The notes under the pieces were generated by a model. It was not told the origin of the DNA. It searched no databases and saw nothing but the letters and a program-made list of their open reading frames with translations. From an uncultured Anaerolineales bacterium (GTDB lineage Bacteria; Chloroflexota; Anaerolineae; Anaerolineales; UBA4823): a stretch of 64,000 nucleotides of DNA. Location: contig CALFWB010000073.1 of assembly GCA_937928795.1 (NCBI GenBank), positions 1,521 through 65,520 of the forward strand, in the 5' to 3' direction. This document shows, in pieces, positions 8,847 through 17,259 of this stretch (position 1 is its first letter; each line of letters opens with the position of its first letter). Position numbers and translations under genes: made by a program.

Positions 8847-9521
8847 ATGTCTTTCTCCTCCACACTCGCGCGCCTTCCCCATTTCGAGTCCCTCCCTGAG
8901 GAGGTGAAAATCTCGCTCGAGCAAATTGCCATCTGCCAGACCTTCTCTGAGGATCAGGTGATCTATCTGGAAGGTGAGCCAGCAAAATCGGTTTACCTAT
9001 TGGAGAAGGGCTGGGTTAAGGCAGTTCGCCTCTCTCGCAAAGGGCGCGAACAAGCGGTCTTGGTCCTCAGCGCGGTTGATCTCTTTGGGGATGTTGCCCT
9101 TTTCACGACCGGTTTCTATCCAGGCACCGTAATCGCTCTTGAAGATAGCCTTGTCTGGGCATTGCCATCTCTCCGGTTAATGGAGAGAATTGAACGTTAT
9201 CCACAATTAGCACAAGCCTTTCTCCGTCACCTAGCCTTTCGTATCTTGCACCATTTGCAACTGGTAGAAGACCTTTCCTTGCGCAGCGTTGAAGCCCGTT
9301 TGGCAAGAACCTTAGCGCGCTATGCCGAGAATGTTGATGAGCAATGGATTGTACCCCGCCGGCCGTGGGCGACCTATGATGCCATGGCGGTTCGGCTGGG
9401 CACTGTTCGGGATGTATTAAGTCGCGCTTTGAAAACCCTGGAAGGGAAGGGGCTACTCAGGGTAGAAAAGCACCAAATTGTTCTTCTCCAACCACAAGAA
9501 CTTGCCGAATACGAGGGTTAA
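8847..9521 (+). CDS. Crp/Fnr family transcriptional regulator
   Basis: N-terminal cNMP-binding-type beta-roll (YLEGEPAKSVYLLEKGWVK...LFGD) and a C-terminal HTH (MAVRLGTVRDVLSRALKTLEGKG). No N-terminal Cys cluster. TATAAT at 8833-8838 sits only 8 nt from the ATG, so the mRNA may be leaderless. Confidence 0.85.
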   Translation: MSFSSTLARLPHFESLPEEVKISLEQIAICQTFSEDQVIYLEGEPAKSVYLLEKGWVKAVRLSRKGREQAVLVLSAVDLFGDVALFTTGFYPGTVIALEDSLVWALPSLRLMERIERYPQLAQAFLRHLAFRILHHLQLVEDLSLRSVEARLARTLARYAENVDEQWIVPRRPWATYDAMAVRLGTVRDVLSRALKTLEGKGLLRVEKHQIVLLQPQELAEYEG

Positions 9522-9607
9522 GTTTTTCCCTAATCCGACAAAAGTCTTAGACAGCTTTTGAGTTCGGTTATAAACTCAGGGCAAATCCCAAGTGGAATTT
9601 TTGTCCA

Positions 9608-9952
9608 ATGCTGAACTCGGAGACAACCCTCTCAGATCAGGAATTACGCAAGCGAATTTATCAGGCCTTCGCTGCAGAGGAACAATTGCGGCGGTGTCAC
9701 CTACGGGTGGGTGTGGCAGGCGGTTTTGTCCATCTGGCCGGAAAGGTAAGCACTTTGAGCCTCTATACACTTGCAGAGAAGTTGGCAAAAAGCATTGCGG
9801 GGGTCAAGGGGGTGATCAACCGAATCGAAGCTCCAGGGGCTCCTTCTCCCTCCCGCGTCATTCATCTTGACGATAAAAACCAAACTTCACCCGCTTCGTC
9901 ACGTTCCCCAAGACAATCTCGTCCCCATAAACAAAAGGAGAACAAAAAATGA
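9608..9952 (+). CDS. BON domain-containing protein
   Basis: VGVAGGFVHLAGKVSTLSLYTLAEKLAKSIAGVKGVINRIE matches the BON pattern. The C-terminal tail is low-complexity. Confidence 0.75.
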   Translation: MLNSETTLSDQELRKRIYQAFAAEEQLRRCHLRVGVAGGFVHLAGKVSTLSLYTLAEKLAKSIAGVKGVINRIEAPGAPSPSRVIHLDDKNQTSPASSRSPRQSRPHKQKENKK

Positions 9953-10746
9953 AGGATAATCACAAACTTGGCATTCTGTTTTCCATCCTCGGTATCTTGA
10001 GTGGCATTTTAATCTTTTACCTTTTGGCTTCTCAATACAACCTGTTGATCGCTGTCAAAACCGCCGCTGGGCGGGCAGATGAAGCAGCTTCGGTGCGCAT
10101 CACCTATGCGCTGTTGGGTTGGATTGGCGCAAGCACCACGGCGATTTGGGCGGCCGTTTTGTATGGCTTTATTTACCACGAAAAATGGGCTTGGTTCTGG
10201 GGTGCCGTTGCAGCGACCATCCAATTATTGGCAGGGTTCTTTCCGGCGATTCCCGCTATGGATAGTCGCTTGCCCATGCCAACCTTGAGCGTTTTTGGGA
10301 TTGCCCTCATTCTGTGGTTCGGGATGCTGCTTATTGGAGGAGTGGAGAAAAGAACCATTGCGCTGACCTTTGTAGCCGGCTTAGCGTATGTACTCACATT
10401 TATCGATGGCGTTGCTCCGATTGCCAAATACACTACCTCTCACAATAACCCGTTTTGGAATGGAATGTACGTCATGTCGCAGCAAGTCTCTTGGTGGGGC
10501 GCTGCGGCTTGGGCGATCTTTATCTTCGCCGTGCTGCGCAAAAAATCTTGGGCACTGGCGGTGGGCATCTTTGCTGCGGTCATGTCTATGTTAGCCGGCT
10601 ATCCCCTGGGCCTCTATAACGCTCTGGTTGAAGTACACCGCTTTTCTATGTTCCTCCCTGCTCCTATTCTCAGTACGATCTTGCTGATCTACTTATTGCT
10701 GCCATCCACAAAGGGATTCTTGGATCGAGCAGCAACCGCTTCGTAA
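9949..10746 (+). CDS. hypothetical polytopic membrane protein (265 aa)
   Basis: About 7-8 hydrophobic helices. AAAGGAG lies upstream, and the start overlaps the BON stop (ATGA). Confidence 0.65.
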   Translation: MKDNHKLGILFSILGILSGILIFYLLASQYNLLIAVKTAAGRADEAASVRITYALLGWIGASTTAIWAAVLYGFIYHEKWAWFWGAVAATIQLLAGFFPAIPAMDSRLPMPTLSVFGIALILWFGMLLIGGVEKRTIALTFVAGLAYVLTFIDGVAPIAKYTTSHNNPFWNGMYVMSQQVSWWGAAAWAIFIFAVLRKKSWALAVGIFAAVMSMLAGYPLGLYNALVEVHRFSMFLPAPILSTILLIYLLLPSTKGFLDRAATAS

Positions 10747-10758
10747 ACGATCGATTTT

Positions 10759-10774
10759 TGTGACTTTTATCACA
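10759..10774. promoter_or_regulatory. CRP-type palindrome TGTGA-N6-TCACA
   Basis: TGTGACTTTTATCACA has perfect half-sites. It ends 74 nt upstream of the ATG at 10848, and TAATAGTAT (-10-like) lies about 25-30 nt downstream. Confidence 0.5.
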
Positions 10775-10847
10775 GATTCTCGAGAGGAACCGAGTAATAG
10801 TATGGAAAGAGCCGAACATTCATTTAGATTTAGAAAGGAGTTCTGGA

Positions 10848-11474
10848 ATGCACCCAACCCTTCTGGACCGGATCCTCTTGTTGGCTACCGGCTTGGTTGC
10901 CATTTACTTGTTGTGGCGGTTTTGGAGCCGCTATCGCCAAAGTAAACAGCTTTTCGATATCTACTATCTCATGGGCTTTGCTGTCCTGCTGGTATCGGGG
11001 CTTTTGCTCATCTTTCTGGACTATAGCATTTTAGCCTCGCCGCTTGTCCTCACAATAGCCAGCCTGATTCCTCTGGGGATTTCGCTCGGAATTGCTAATG
11101 AATACTTTCCCACGTGGAAGAAAGCCTTTGCTTGGTTTGCCTTAATTGGCTTCTTAGCCATTGCCATCACCAGCATTGCCGGTCTGGCAACCTTGAAGAA
11201 GATTGCCGTGCCACTCTTTCATGGAGTGGCTGGTTTGGTTATCTTTCTGGGACCTTTCCTGGCAAAGCATGCGCCCAAGGGATTTCAATGGGTGGGCGTT
11301 GGCGGCGCGTTGATCGGCATTGGTGGCATTGCCTTAGCCTTTTTGAGCGCCGGTCGACCCTTATTAGGCATTTTTACAGCAGAGCTGGTCTTTACCATTT
11401 TGGCACCGCTCTTGCTCTTAATGACCTTGGCCTTCGCTTGGGGTTTCGTCAAAGATATTCGGGCTGCTGGCTAA
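10848..11474 (+). CDS. hypothetical 6-TM membrane protein, paralog of 15009-15614
   Basis: Shares TLLDR, LLVSGLL, LIPL, EYxPxW, GFLAI, HGVAGLxIFL and GGALIGxxGxxLxFLxxGxPxLG with the 15009 product. AAAGGAG SD. Confidence 0.7.
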   Translation: MHPTLLDRILLLATGLVAIYLLWRFWSRYRQSKQLFDIYYLMGFAVLLVSGLLLIFLDYSILASPLVLTIASLIPLGISLGIANEYFPTWKKAFAWFALIGFLAIAITSIAGLATLKKIAVPLFHGVAGLVIFLGPFLAKHAPKGFQWVGVGGALIGIGGIALAFLSAGRPLLGIFTAELVFTILAPLLLLMTLAFAWGFVKDIRAAG

Positions 11475-11502
11475 ACATCTTGAAAGTTGACGAAGGATGA
11501 AT

Positions 11503-11516
11503 TTGACCAAAATCAA
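11503..11516. promoter_or_regulatory. FNR-type palindrome TTGAC-N4-ATCAA
   Basis: TTGACCAAAATCAA has one mismatch to TTGAT-N4-ATCAA. It ends 56 nt upstream of the ATG at 11572. Confidence 0.45.
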
Positions 11517-11571
11517 AAAAGGGAACAAGCAATAAGTTAGGATAGGATTTACAACAAGGAGGTTTTATAGG

Positions 11572-13107
11572 ATGCATACTTTGGCAAGACGATTGGATTT
11601 CCTCTTTCGTTCGACACGCGGCCTAACCCTCGTGGCAATTGCTGTTGTTTCGATCATCACTGCCTTGTTTGGGATGCTTTCCGGCCCGATGGCTGAATGG
11701 GGCGTGCGCGATTTTGTGGTGCGCGCCTTGGGAATGAAGTTAGTCCAAGCCGAGCGAGAAGGGCGGATCATTATGATTTATCACACCATTGCCAACACGG
11801 TTATTGCCATTGAAGTGTACTTTATCACCCAATTGGTGCGCATGAAACGGCATGAGCAAACCATCATCAACGGCACGGTGACGGCTGGTTACCTAACCGC
11901 AGCGATCTTTGGTTTGCTTTTCGCCTATTGGGGGCATCATTTTGTCTTTCATGGCTTATTCCTGCTCGGAGAATCGCTGATGTTTTTTGCAGGGATTTTG
12001 CTGGCCGTGGCGCTCTGGCCGTGGAAAAAAGAATATCGCTTGCCCGCCAACTCGCCCTACGCGCGCACGAAGCGGGGCGTGGATTTGGAACGGGTTGCCT
12101 TTTTTACCATGGCGGTTGCCACCCTGGTCTCGGCTGCCTTCGGAGCTGTCACTGGTTCCTACTGGGGCAACGGTCACGAAACCTTTTTAGCCGAAGACCT
12201 GATCCGAATTCCTCATAAGACCGATTTACAACGGGCGATTATCGGTCATTTGCACATCATGCTCACCCTCATCGCCATCGCCATCACCTTGATTGTCGGA
12301 CGCTGGAAGGATTTTAAGGGGCTGTTGCACCGAATTGCCATGCCCTTAATGATCAGCGGTACGATCGTCATTACGACTGGCGCGCTCTCGGTCGTCTGGC
12401 TGGAGTGGGCCCATACGATTATATATTTCGGTTCGGTGTTCGTCATGCTGGCGGCGCTCATGTATGTCATTTATGCCTGGGATATGCTCATTAAGGAAGG
12501 CACCCAGGGGGTGAAAAAACCCACCTTAGCACAGAAACTCAAAGCTTTGCTGCGCGATCCGCTGCGCTTTGGTCCCGGCTGGCAGATGGTCTTTATGAAT
12601 TTCACCGTCAGTGGTGTTGGGATTTTCATGGCGGTTAACCTCGGTGAAATTTTCCGCGTGTGGCCGCATCGTGAGGAACGTATCATCCTCACTGGTCACT
12701 GGCATATTCTCTCCGGCTTGATTGCCACAATTATTTTAATGTACTATGCTCATCTTTCCGGCTTGCAAGGCAAGGCTCGCCAGTGGTTCGGTTGGTTGCT
12801 AATCGTCCTTTCCGATCTGGCTTTTGGCGCAGTGACAGTTTTTTCTATGAAACGCCTCTTCGTCAGCGAAGCCAATCAGCAGAATTTGGTCAATTGGACG
12901 ATGCTCCTCGCCGATTTCGGCTTAGCAGCCGTACTTTTGATCTTGGCGCTCTTTTTGCTCTGGCGCCTATATGACCTTTTCCGCGAGCAGGGGATCTGGA
13001 AACATGAATATCAGGAGGAGAAGCGCCAAATTGCTGAGCAGGAGCTGCACGAACAGGAGCAAAGAGCAAAGGAATTGAAAGCTATTCTAAAGGAGGCGGC
13101 TAAATGA
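11572..13107 (+). CDS. uncharacterised 12-TM histidine-rich membrane protein with a C-terminal coiled-coil tail
   Basis: 12 hydrophobic helices. His motifs: IYHTIAN (TM2), GHLHIMLTLIAI (TM6), GHWHILSGLIAT (TM10) and GHHFVFHG before TM4. The tail is charged (EEKRQIAEQELHEQEQRAKELK). AAGGAGG SD. Confidence 0.75.
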   Translation: MHTLARRLDFLFRSTRGLTLVAIAVVSIITALFGMLSGPMAEWGVRDFVVRALGMKLVQAEREGRIIMIYHTIANTVIAIEVYFITQLVRMKRHEQTIINGTVTAGYLTAAIFGLLFAYWGHHFVFHGLFLLGESLMFFAGILLAVALWPWKKEYRLPANSPYARTKRGVDLERVAFFTMAVATLVSAAFGAVTGSYWGNGHETFLAEDLIRIPHKTDLQRAIIGHLHIMLTLIAIAITLIVGRWKDFKGLLHRIAMPLMISGTIVITTGALSVVWLEWAHTIIYFGSVFVMLAALMYVIYAWDMLIKEGTQGVKKPTLAQKLKALLRDPLRFGPGWQMVFMNFTVSGVGIFMAVNLGEIFRVWPHREERIILTGHWHILSGLIATIILMYYAHLSGLQGKARQWFGWLLIVLSDLAFGAVTVFSMKRLFVSEANQQNLVNWTMLLADFGLAAVLLILALFLLWRLYDLFREQGIWKHEYQEEKRQIAEQELHEQEQRAKELKAILKEAAK

Positions 13108-14066
13108 AGAACACCTTCTTGATCTTCATTGCCTTCTTGTCTTTTGCTTTGGGAGGATGCGCTACGGCGCCGGCGATTGGGGCGGTTACGCCACCGTTTA
13201 TAGACCCGGGCATCGATCCCGAAAGCTGGGCGTTGATCCCGGCTGGCACGTTTCCCTACGGCCAACATGATCACCTCACATCTGTTGATTACGATTACGA
13301 AATGATGGTTACCGATGTGACCAACGCCCAATTTGCCCGATTTTTGAACGCTGCCTTAGCGGAGGGCGTTTTGCGCATTGCAACCATCGAGGTCGAGATG
13401 GGCGGTAATGTGACAACCGTTGACGGGGTGAGTGTAGATTACCCCGGCGATGAGTTCCGCGGCCATAAACATGAAGAGGAAATCAAAGCCGGAGAGAAGT
13501 TGGTCATGCCCTTGGAAGAAGATGGCTTGCGCTTGCGTTGGAATGGCACAACCTTTGAGCCGATCGATGAGTATTCCAATCACCCTGCCACCATGGTCAC
13601 TTGGTTTGGGGCGAAGGCTTACTGCGAGTTCTACGGTTGGCGCCTGCCCAGTGAAGTGGAATGGGAAAAAGCGGCGCGTGGCACAGAACTGGTCGATGGC
13701 CGCGGCTTACCTTTCCCTTGGGGCACCGAAATCAAAGGCAACAATGCCAACTATTACTCCTCCTTCGACCTGTTCGAGAAGCTGTTCGGTAAATTGGGCA
13801 ACACCACGCCGGTCGGTTTCTATAATGGCAAGACGTACGATGGCTACCAGACCCTCGATTCACCCAGCCCATACGGCTTGTATGATATGGCCGGCAATGT
13901 TTGGCAATGGACGGGAGATGTTTACCCTGACCAACATTACCGCTATATGCGTGGGGGCAGTTTTTACTCCTACGAAGTCGATCTGCGGGTCTGGAAGCGC
14001 AATAGCGCTCACCCTTCGTATTACAGCCCGCAAGTGGGATTCCGCTGCGCCCGCCCGCTGCAGTGA
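13104..14066 (+). CDS. formylglycine-generating-enzyme (SUMF1/FGE-sulfatase) domain lipoprotein
   Basis: Lipobox FALGGC. FGE-fold motifs: HPATMVTWFGAKAYCEFYGWRLPSEVEWEKAARG, GNVWQWTGD, RGGSF, GFRCARP. The start overlaps the upstream stop (ATGA). Confidence 0.85.
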   Translation: MKNTFLIFIAFLSFALGGCATAPAIGAVTPPFIDPGIDPESWALIPAGTFPYGQHDHLTSVDYDYEMMVTDVTNAQFARFLNAALAEGVLRIATIEVEMGGNVTTVDGVSVDYPGDEFRGHKHEEEIKAGEKLVMPLEEDGLRLRWNGTTFEPIDEYSNHPATMVTWFGAKAYCEFYGWRLPSEVEWEKAARGTELVDGRGLPFPWGTEIKGNNANYYSSFDLFEKLFGKLGNTTPVGFYNGKTYDGYQTLDSPSPYGLYDMAGNVWQWTGDVYPDQHYRYMRGGSFYSYEVDLRVWKRNSAHPSYYSPQVGFRCARPLQ

Positions 14067-14097
14067 TGTATAATTTGGAGAACCTTAGGAAGGATAG

Positions 14098-15012
14098 ATG
14101 GCTAATTTCAAGCCTACTGGAGGAGTAAAAATGAATGGTGGCTCAAGCAGGTTGCAAACGGTGAAGCGTAAGATTCGCCTCTATTTGCCACTCATCAAGA
14201 GCTTACAGACGTTTCTCTTGCTGGCAACCGGGTTAGCTGGCTACATGAGCGCGCGTTGCCCGATCTTTCATTTTCCCACCTTGCTAGGATTAAGCGGCAG
14301 TCTTTTCTTAGCCATCAGTGGCTCAACTGTTTTGAACATGTGGTGGGATCGCGATATCGACGCCAAAATGGGACGCACCCAGAAGCGACCGTTACCTAGC
14401 GGCGAGCTCTCTGCTCAAGAGACTTTGCGTTTAGGGTTGGTTCTCTCGGTGATCGGCATGGCTTGGTCGGCCTTGCTCTCGCCGCTCTATGCCGTGGTCA
14501 TCTTTGCCGGTTGGTTCTTCGATGTGGTTGTCTATACCATTTGGCTCAAGCGGCGTACCTGCTGGAGTATTGTTTGGGGCGGTATTGCTGGGGGGATGCC
14601 AATTTTAGCCGGGCGTGCCTTAGGGACAGGATCAATTGATCTAATCGGCATCCTGCTAACTCTCTCGGTGCTGTTCTGGATCCCCACCCACATCCTCACC
14701 TTTGCCATGCGCTTCTACTCGGATTACCAGAATGCCGGCGTGCCCACTTTCCCTTCTTGTTATGGCTTTCCGGTCACGCGGGCGACCATCGCCGCTTCGA
14801 GTGTGCTAGCAGCCCTGACGATCGGCACAGCCAGCGTTCTGATCGGTGTCCAATGGGGCTTTGTGCGCCTGCTGGCGGTCCTCTCCAGTGGCTTATTGTT
14901 GCTGGCGATCGGGAGTCTGCTGCGCCCCAACGAACAGGTCAATTTTAGCTTGTTCAAATACGCATCTCTCTACATGCTGGCTTCGATGATTTTGTTGTCT
15001 ATTCAACAATGA
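14098..15012 (+). CDS. ctaB: protoheme IX farnesyltransferase (heme O synthase), UbiA family
   Basis: NMWWDRDIDAKMGRTQKRPLPSG is the UbiA/CtaB first Asp-rich motif. About 8-9 TM. An alternative ATG at 14128 has a stronger SD (GGAGGAG). Confidence 0.85.
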   Translation: MANFKPTGGVKMNGGSSRLQTVKRKIRLYLPLIKSLQTFLLLATGLAGYMSARCPIFHFPTLLGLSGSLFLAISGSTVLNMWWDRDIDAKMGRTQKRPLPSGELSAQETLRLGLVLSVIGMAWSALLSPLYAVVIFAGWFFDVVVYTIWLKRRTCWSIVWGGIAGGMPILAGRALGTGSIDLIGILLTLSVLFWIPTHILTFAMRFYSDYQNAGVPTFPSCYGFPVTRATIAASSVLAALTIGTASVLIGVQWGFVRLLAVLSSGLLLLAIGSLLRPNEQVNFSLFKYASLYMLASMILLSIQQ

Positions 15013-15614
15013 AACTCACTCTTCTTGATCGCTTGCTATTTCTTTCCACCGCTCTTCTGACTTCTTATCAGATTGCGGTTGGCATCGAAGGCTTAGGGAG
15101 CATCCCGATTTTTGTCTATACTCTCGGCTTCGGTGCCCTCCTGGTTTCGGGTTTGCTGATCTTGATCTTGGGTTTTGAGGTTTTGCGCAGCGCGTTGGTT
15201 GTGGTTGTTGCGACCCTGATCCCATTGAGCCTAGCCTGCGGCATGGTGTGGGAATATCTGCCGGCCTGGCGGGGAGTCTATGTTGTCTATGCAGTGGTTG
15301 GCTTCCTAGCAATTGGCTTGAGCCGCTTCGCCCGCATGTCGCCTCAGATTGCAACGCTAATTGTAGCTTTTGTCCATGGGGTGGCGGGCTTGACCATTTT
15401 CCTTTTACCGATCGGCGTGGTTGCAGCTCAACGGACGGCAGCCGGCTTCCTTTTGGTCAGCCTCGGAGGGGCATTGATCGGGCTGATGGGTTTACTACTT
15501 TCTTTTTTGCGCATGGGTTCACCCGTTCTGGGTCAAGAAAAGTTACTCAGGGCGTTTCCTTTGCTCTTTTTGATGATTACAGTGGCGTATGTATTGGGTT
15601 TCAATTGGCGGTGA
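15009..15614 (+). CDS. hypothetical 6-TM membrane protein, paralog of 10848-11474
   Basis: Motifs shared with the 10848 product are listed there. The start overlaps the ctaB stop (ATGA). Confidence 0.7.
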   Translation: MKLTLLDRLLFLSTALLTSYQIAVGIEGLGSIPIFVYTLGFGALLVSGLLILILGFEVLRSALVVVVATLIPLSLACGMVWEYLPAWRGVYVVYAVVGFLAIGLSRFARMSPQIATLIVAFVHGVAGLTIFLLPIGVVAAQRTAAGFLLVSLGGALIGLMGLLLSFLRMGSPVLGQEKLLRAFPLLFLMITVAYVLGFNWR

Positions 15615-15871
15615 AGCCGATTGACCATCTGCGGAACACAGGTGTTTGCCTCGTTAAGTATAGGGTGCGCAGTAGAGCGTGTCGGAACTCCCTGGGCAGG
15701 TCTTGCTGCGGCGGAGAGTATTTCCCTATTTTACCTGTGGCAGACTCAAGGCAAGATTTCTCCGCGCTGCGCTCATCGAAAGGAAAAACTTGCCGTGTTA
15801 CTGCGAGCAACGTGAGAAGTCTTGATGAGTCTAGGCAAAAAGTTTCTGTGTAAGTTAGAAAGGAGGTCACG

Positions 15872-16582
15872 ATGAATCCAATTCCTGGATGGGCAAAAGG
15901 ATTGCGCAATCTAGCTATAGTCCTCATGGGCATCACAACCTTTTTCACCCTTTCCAGCGGCGCTGGCACAGTTTGCGTCGCCCTAGCAGCCGAGCGCTTT
16001 GGGGAAGCCATGGCACCCCTTGTCCCTTACAAATGGGTCTATCTTCTCTTCGTCATCCTAACCCTTGTAGTGGGCGTGATGGGGGTACGCGCTATCGTGA
16101 TGTTGGTGCGCAGGCGAAAAGGCGCATTTCGCTTTACAATCTCAACCTTGATTGCCGGCATTCTGGTTGGGGGAATTCATATCATCGTTTCTCGCGCCCT
16201 GCGTGGTAAATCGATGCCCACTGATCCGGTGGTGTACACGACCTTACTGACATTGGTGCTCTTCCTAATCTTACGCTTGCCTCCGCTGCGAGAGAAGATC
16301 GATTTTGAGAAAGGAGAACAAGGAGCTCAGACAAATACCCTTGCTGCTGCGATCACTCTCCTCGCTTGCGGGATTCTAGCCCTAGCCATCCCCGTCTGGG
16401 CTGGGCCTTCCCATACCTTTGACTCCACTGGGATCAATTGGGCGAATGCATGGGCAACTTTCATAAATGCTTTTGGAGCGCTCCTATGTCTTGCAGGTCT
16501 GGTTATCTTGGTCGATCAAAAATACCGCTTAGGGCGATTCCGGAATAGAATCCAGTATCAAATTCGGGTACCCTTGCCCTAG
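15872..16582 (+). CDS. hypothetical polytopic membrane protein (236 aa)
   Basis: About 6 hydrophobic helices. GAAAGGAGG SD 6 nt upstream. Confidence 0.6.
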   Translation: MNPIPGWAKGLRNLAIVLMGITTFFTLSSGAGTVCVALAAERFGEAMAPLVPYKWVYLLFVILTLVVGVMGVRAIVMLVRRRKGAFRFTISTLIAGILVGGIHIIVSRALRGKSMPTDPVVYTTLLTLVLFLILRLPPLREKIDFEKGEQGAQTNTLAAAITLLACGILALAIPVWAGPSHTFDSTGINWANAWATFINAFGALLCLAGLVILVDQKYRLGRFRNRIQYQIRVPLP

Positions 16583-17010
16583 TCTGCCTCGTTCTGCCAA
16601 TCTCTCTTGCGGCGCAGCGCTTTGATCTGACTGCGCCGCCGCTTAGCGTTTAATCGCGCTTGGCGGGCGGCGGCGCTGGGTTGAGTAGGGTGGCGTGGTT
16701 TTGGCTTTTGAGCCGCCTTTTGCAGGAGCAGGATCAATTGCTCCAGTGCTTCGCGGCGGTTTTGTTCTTGGGTGCGATGGCGTTGAGCTTGGATGACCAA
16801 CTCACCCTGGAGATTGATCCGTTTGCCCGCCAAATTCAGCAAGCGCTCTTTCACCTCTGGGGGGATGTTTTCGTTTTGGAGGACATTAAGACGTAATTGA
16901 ACCGCGCTGGCAACCTTGTTGACGTTCTGTCCACCAGGACCTGCGGCGCGCACGAAATCCCATTGCAGATCTTCTTCATCAATTGAGAGATGGGGTGCTA
17001 TCCAGATCAT
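16579..17010 (-). CDS. arfB: alternative ribosome-rescue factor ArfB (peptidyl-tRNA hydrolase, class I RF domain)
   Basis: GPGGQNVNKV GGQ motif and a basic C-terminal tail (KPRHPT...RRRSQIKALRRKR). I trimmed the start to the ATG at 17010 (MIWIAPHLSIDE). Confidence 0.85.
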   Translation of the reverse strand: MIWIAPHLSIDEEDLQWDFVRAAGPGGQNVNKVASAVQLRLNVLQNENIPPEVKERLLNLAGKRINLQGELVIQAQRHRTQEQNRREALEQLILLLQKAAQKPKPRHPTQPSAAARQARLNAKRRRSQIKALRRKRDWQNEAD

Positions 17011-17062
17011 TGGGGCAAGTTTACCACCGATCTGGTTTTCCTTCCCCCTTTGAGCGTTTCCC

Positions 17063-17140
17063 GTGTGCACTCAAAAGTTGTTGGCAACATGGCTTTGTAG
17101 GACAACTCAATGAGTTGTCCTACAACTTTTGCGTGGACAT
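17063..17140 (+). repeat. 78-bp MITE-like palindromic element, copy 2
   Basis: Same sequence as copy 1 with a few substitutions. It lies 53 nt upstream of the arfB start. Confidence 0.85.
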
Positions 17141-17259
17141 GCGTTTCCCTTTCGGGGCATCCGCGGTCTCCTTTCTTAATCCCGTTTTGCCCTAGTTGTA
17201 TCGAGTGTGTTACCTATGTCTCCGTTCTATACACTCCCAGAGGGCGAAGGGAGCAAAGC

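Noticed and set aside
16579-16582. The membrane-protein gene (plus strand) and arfB (minus strand) share a palindromic CTAG as both stop codons, giving a 4-bp convergent overlap.
   Set aside because: The observation is real but is most simply a compact-genome coincidence. I see no structure or motif suggesting function.
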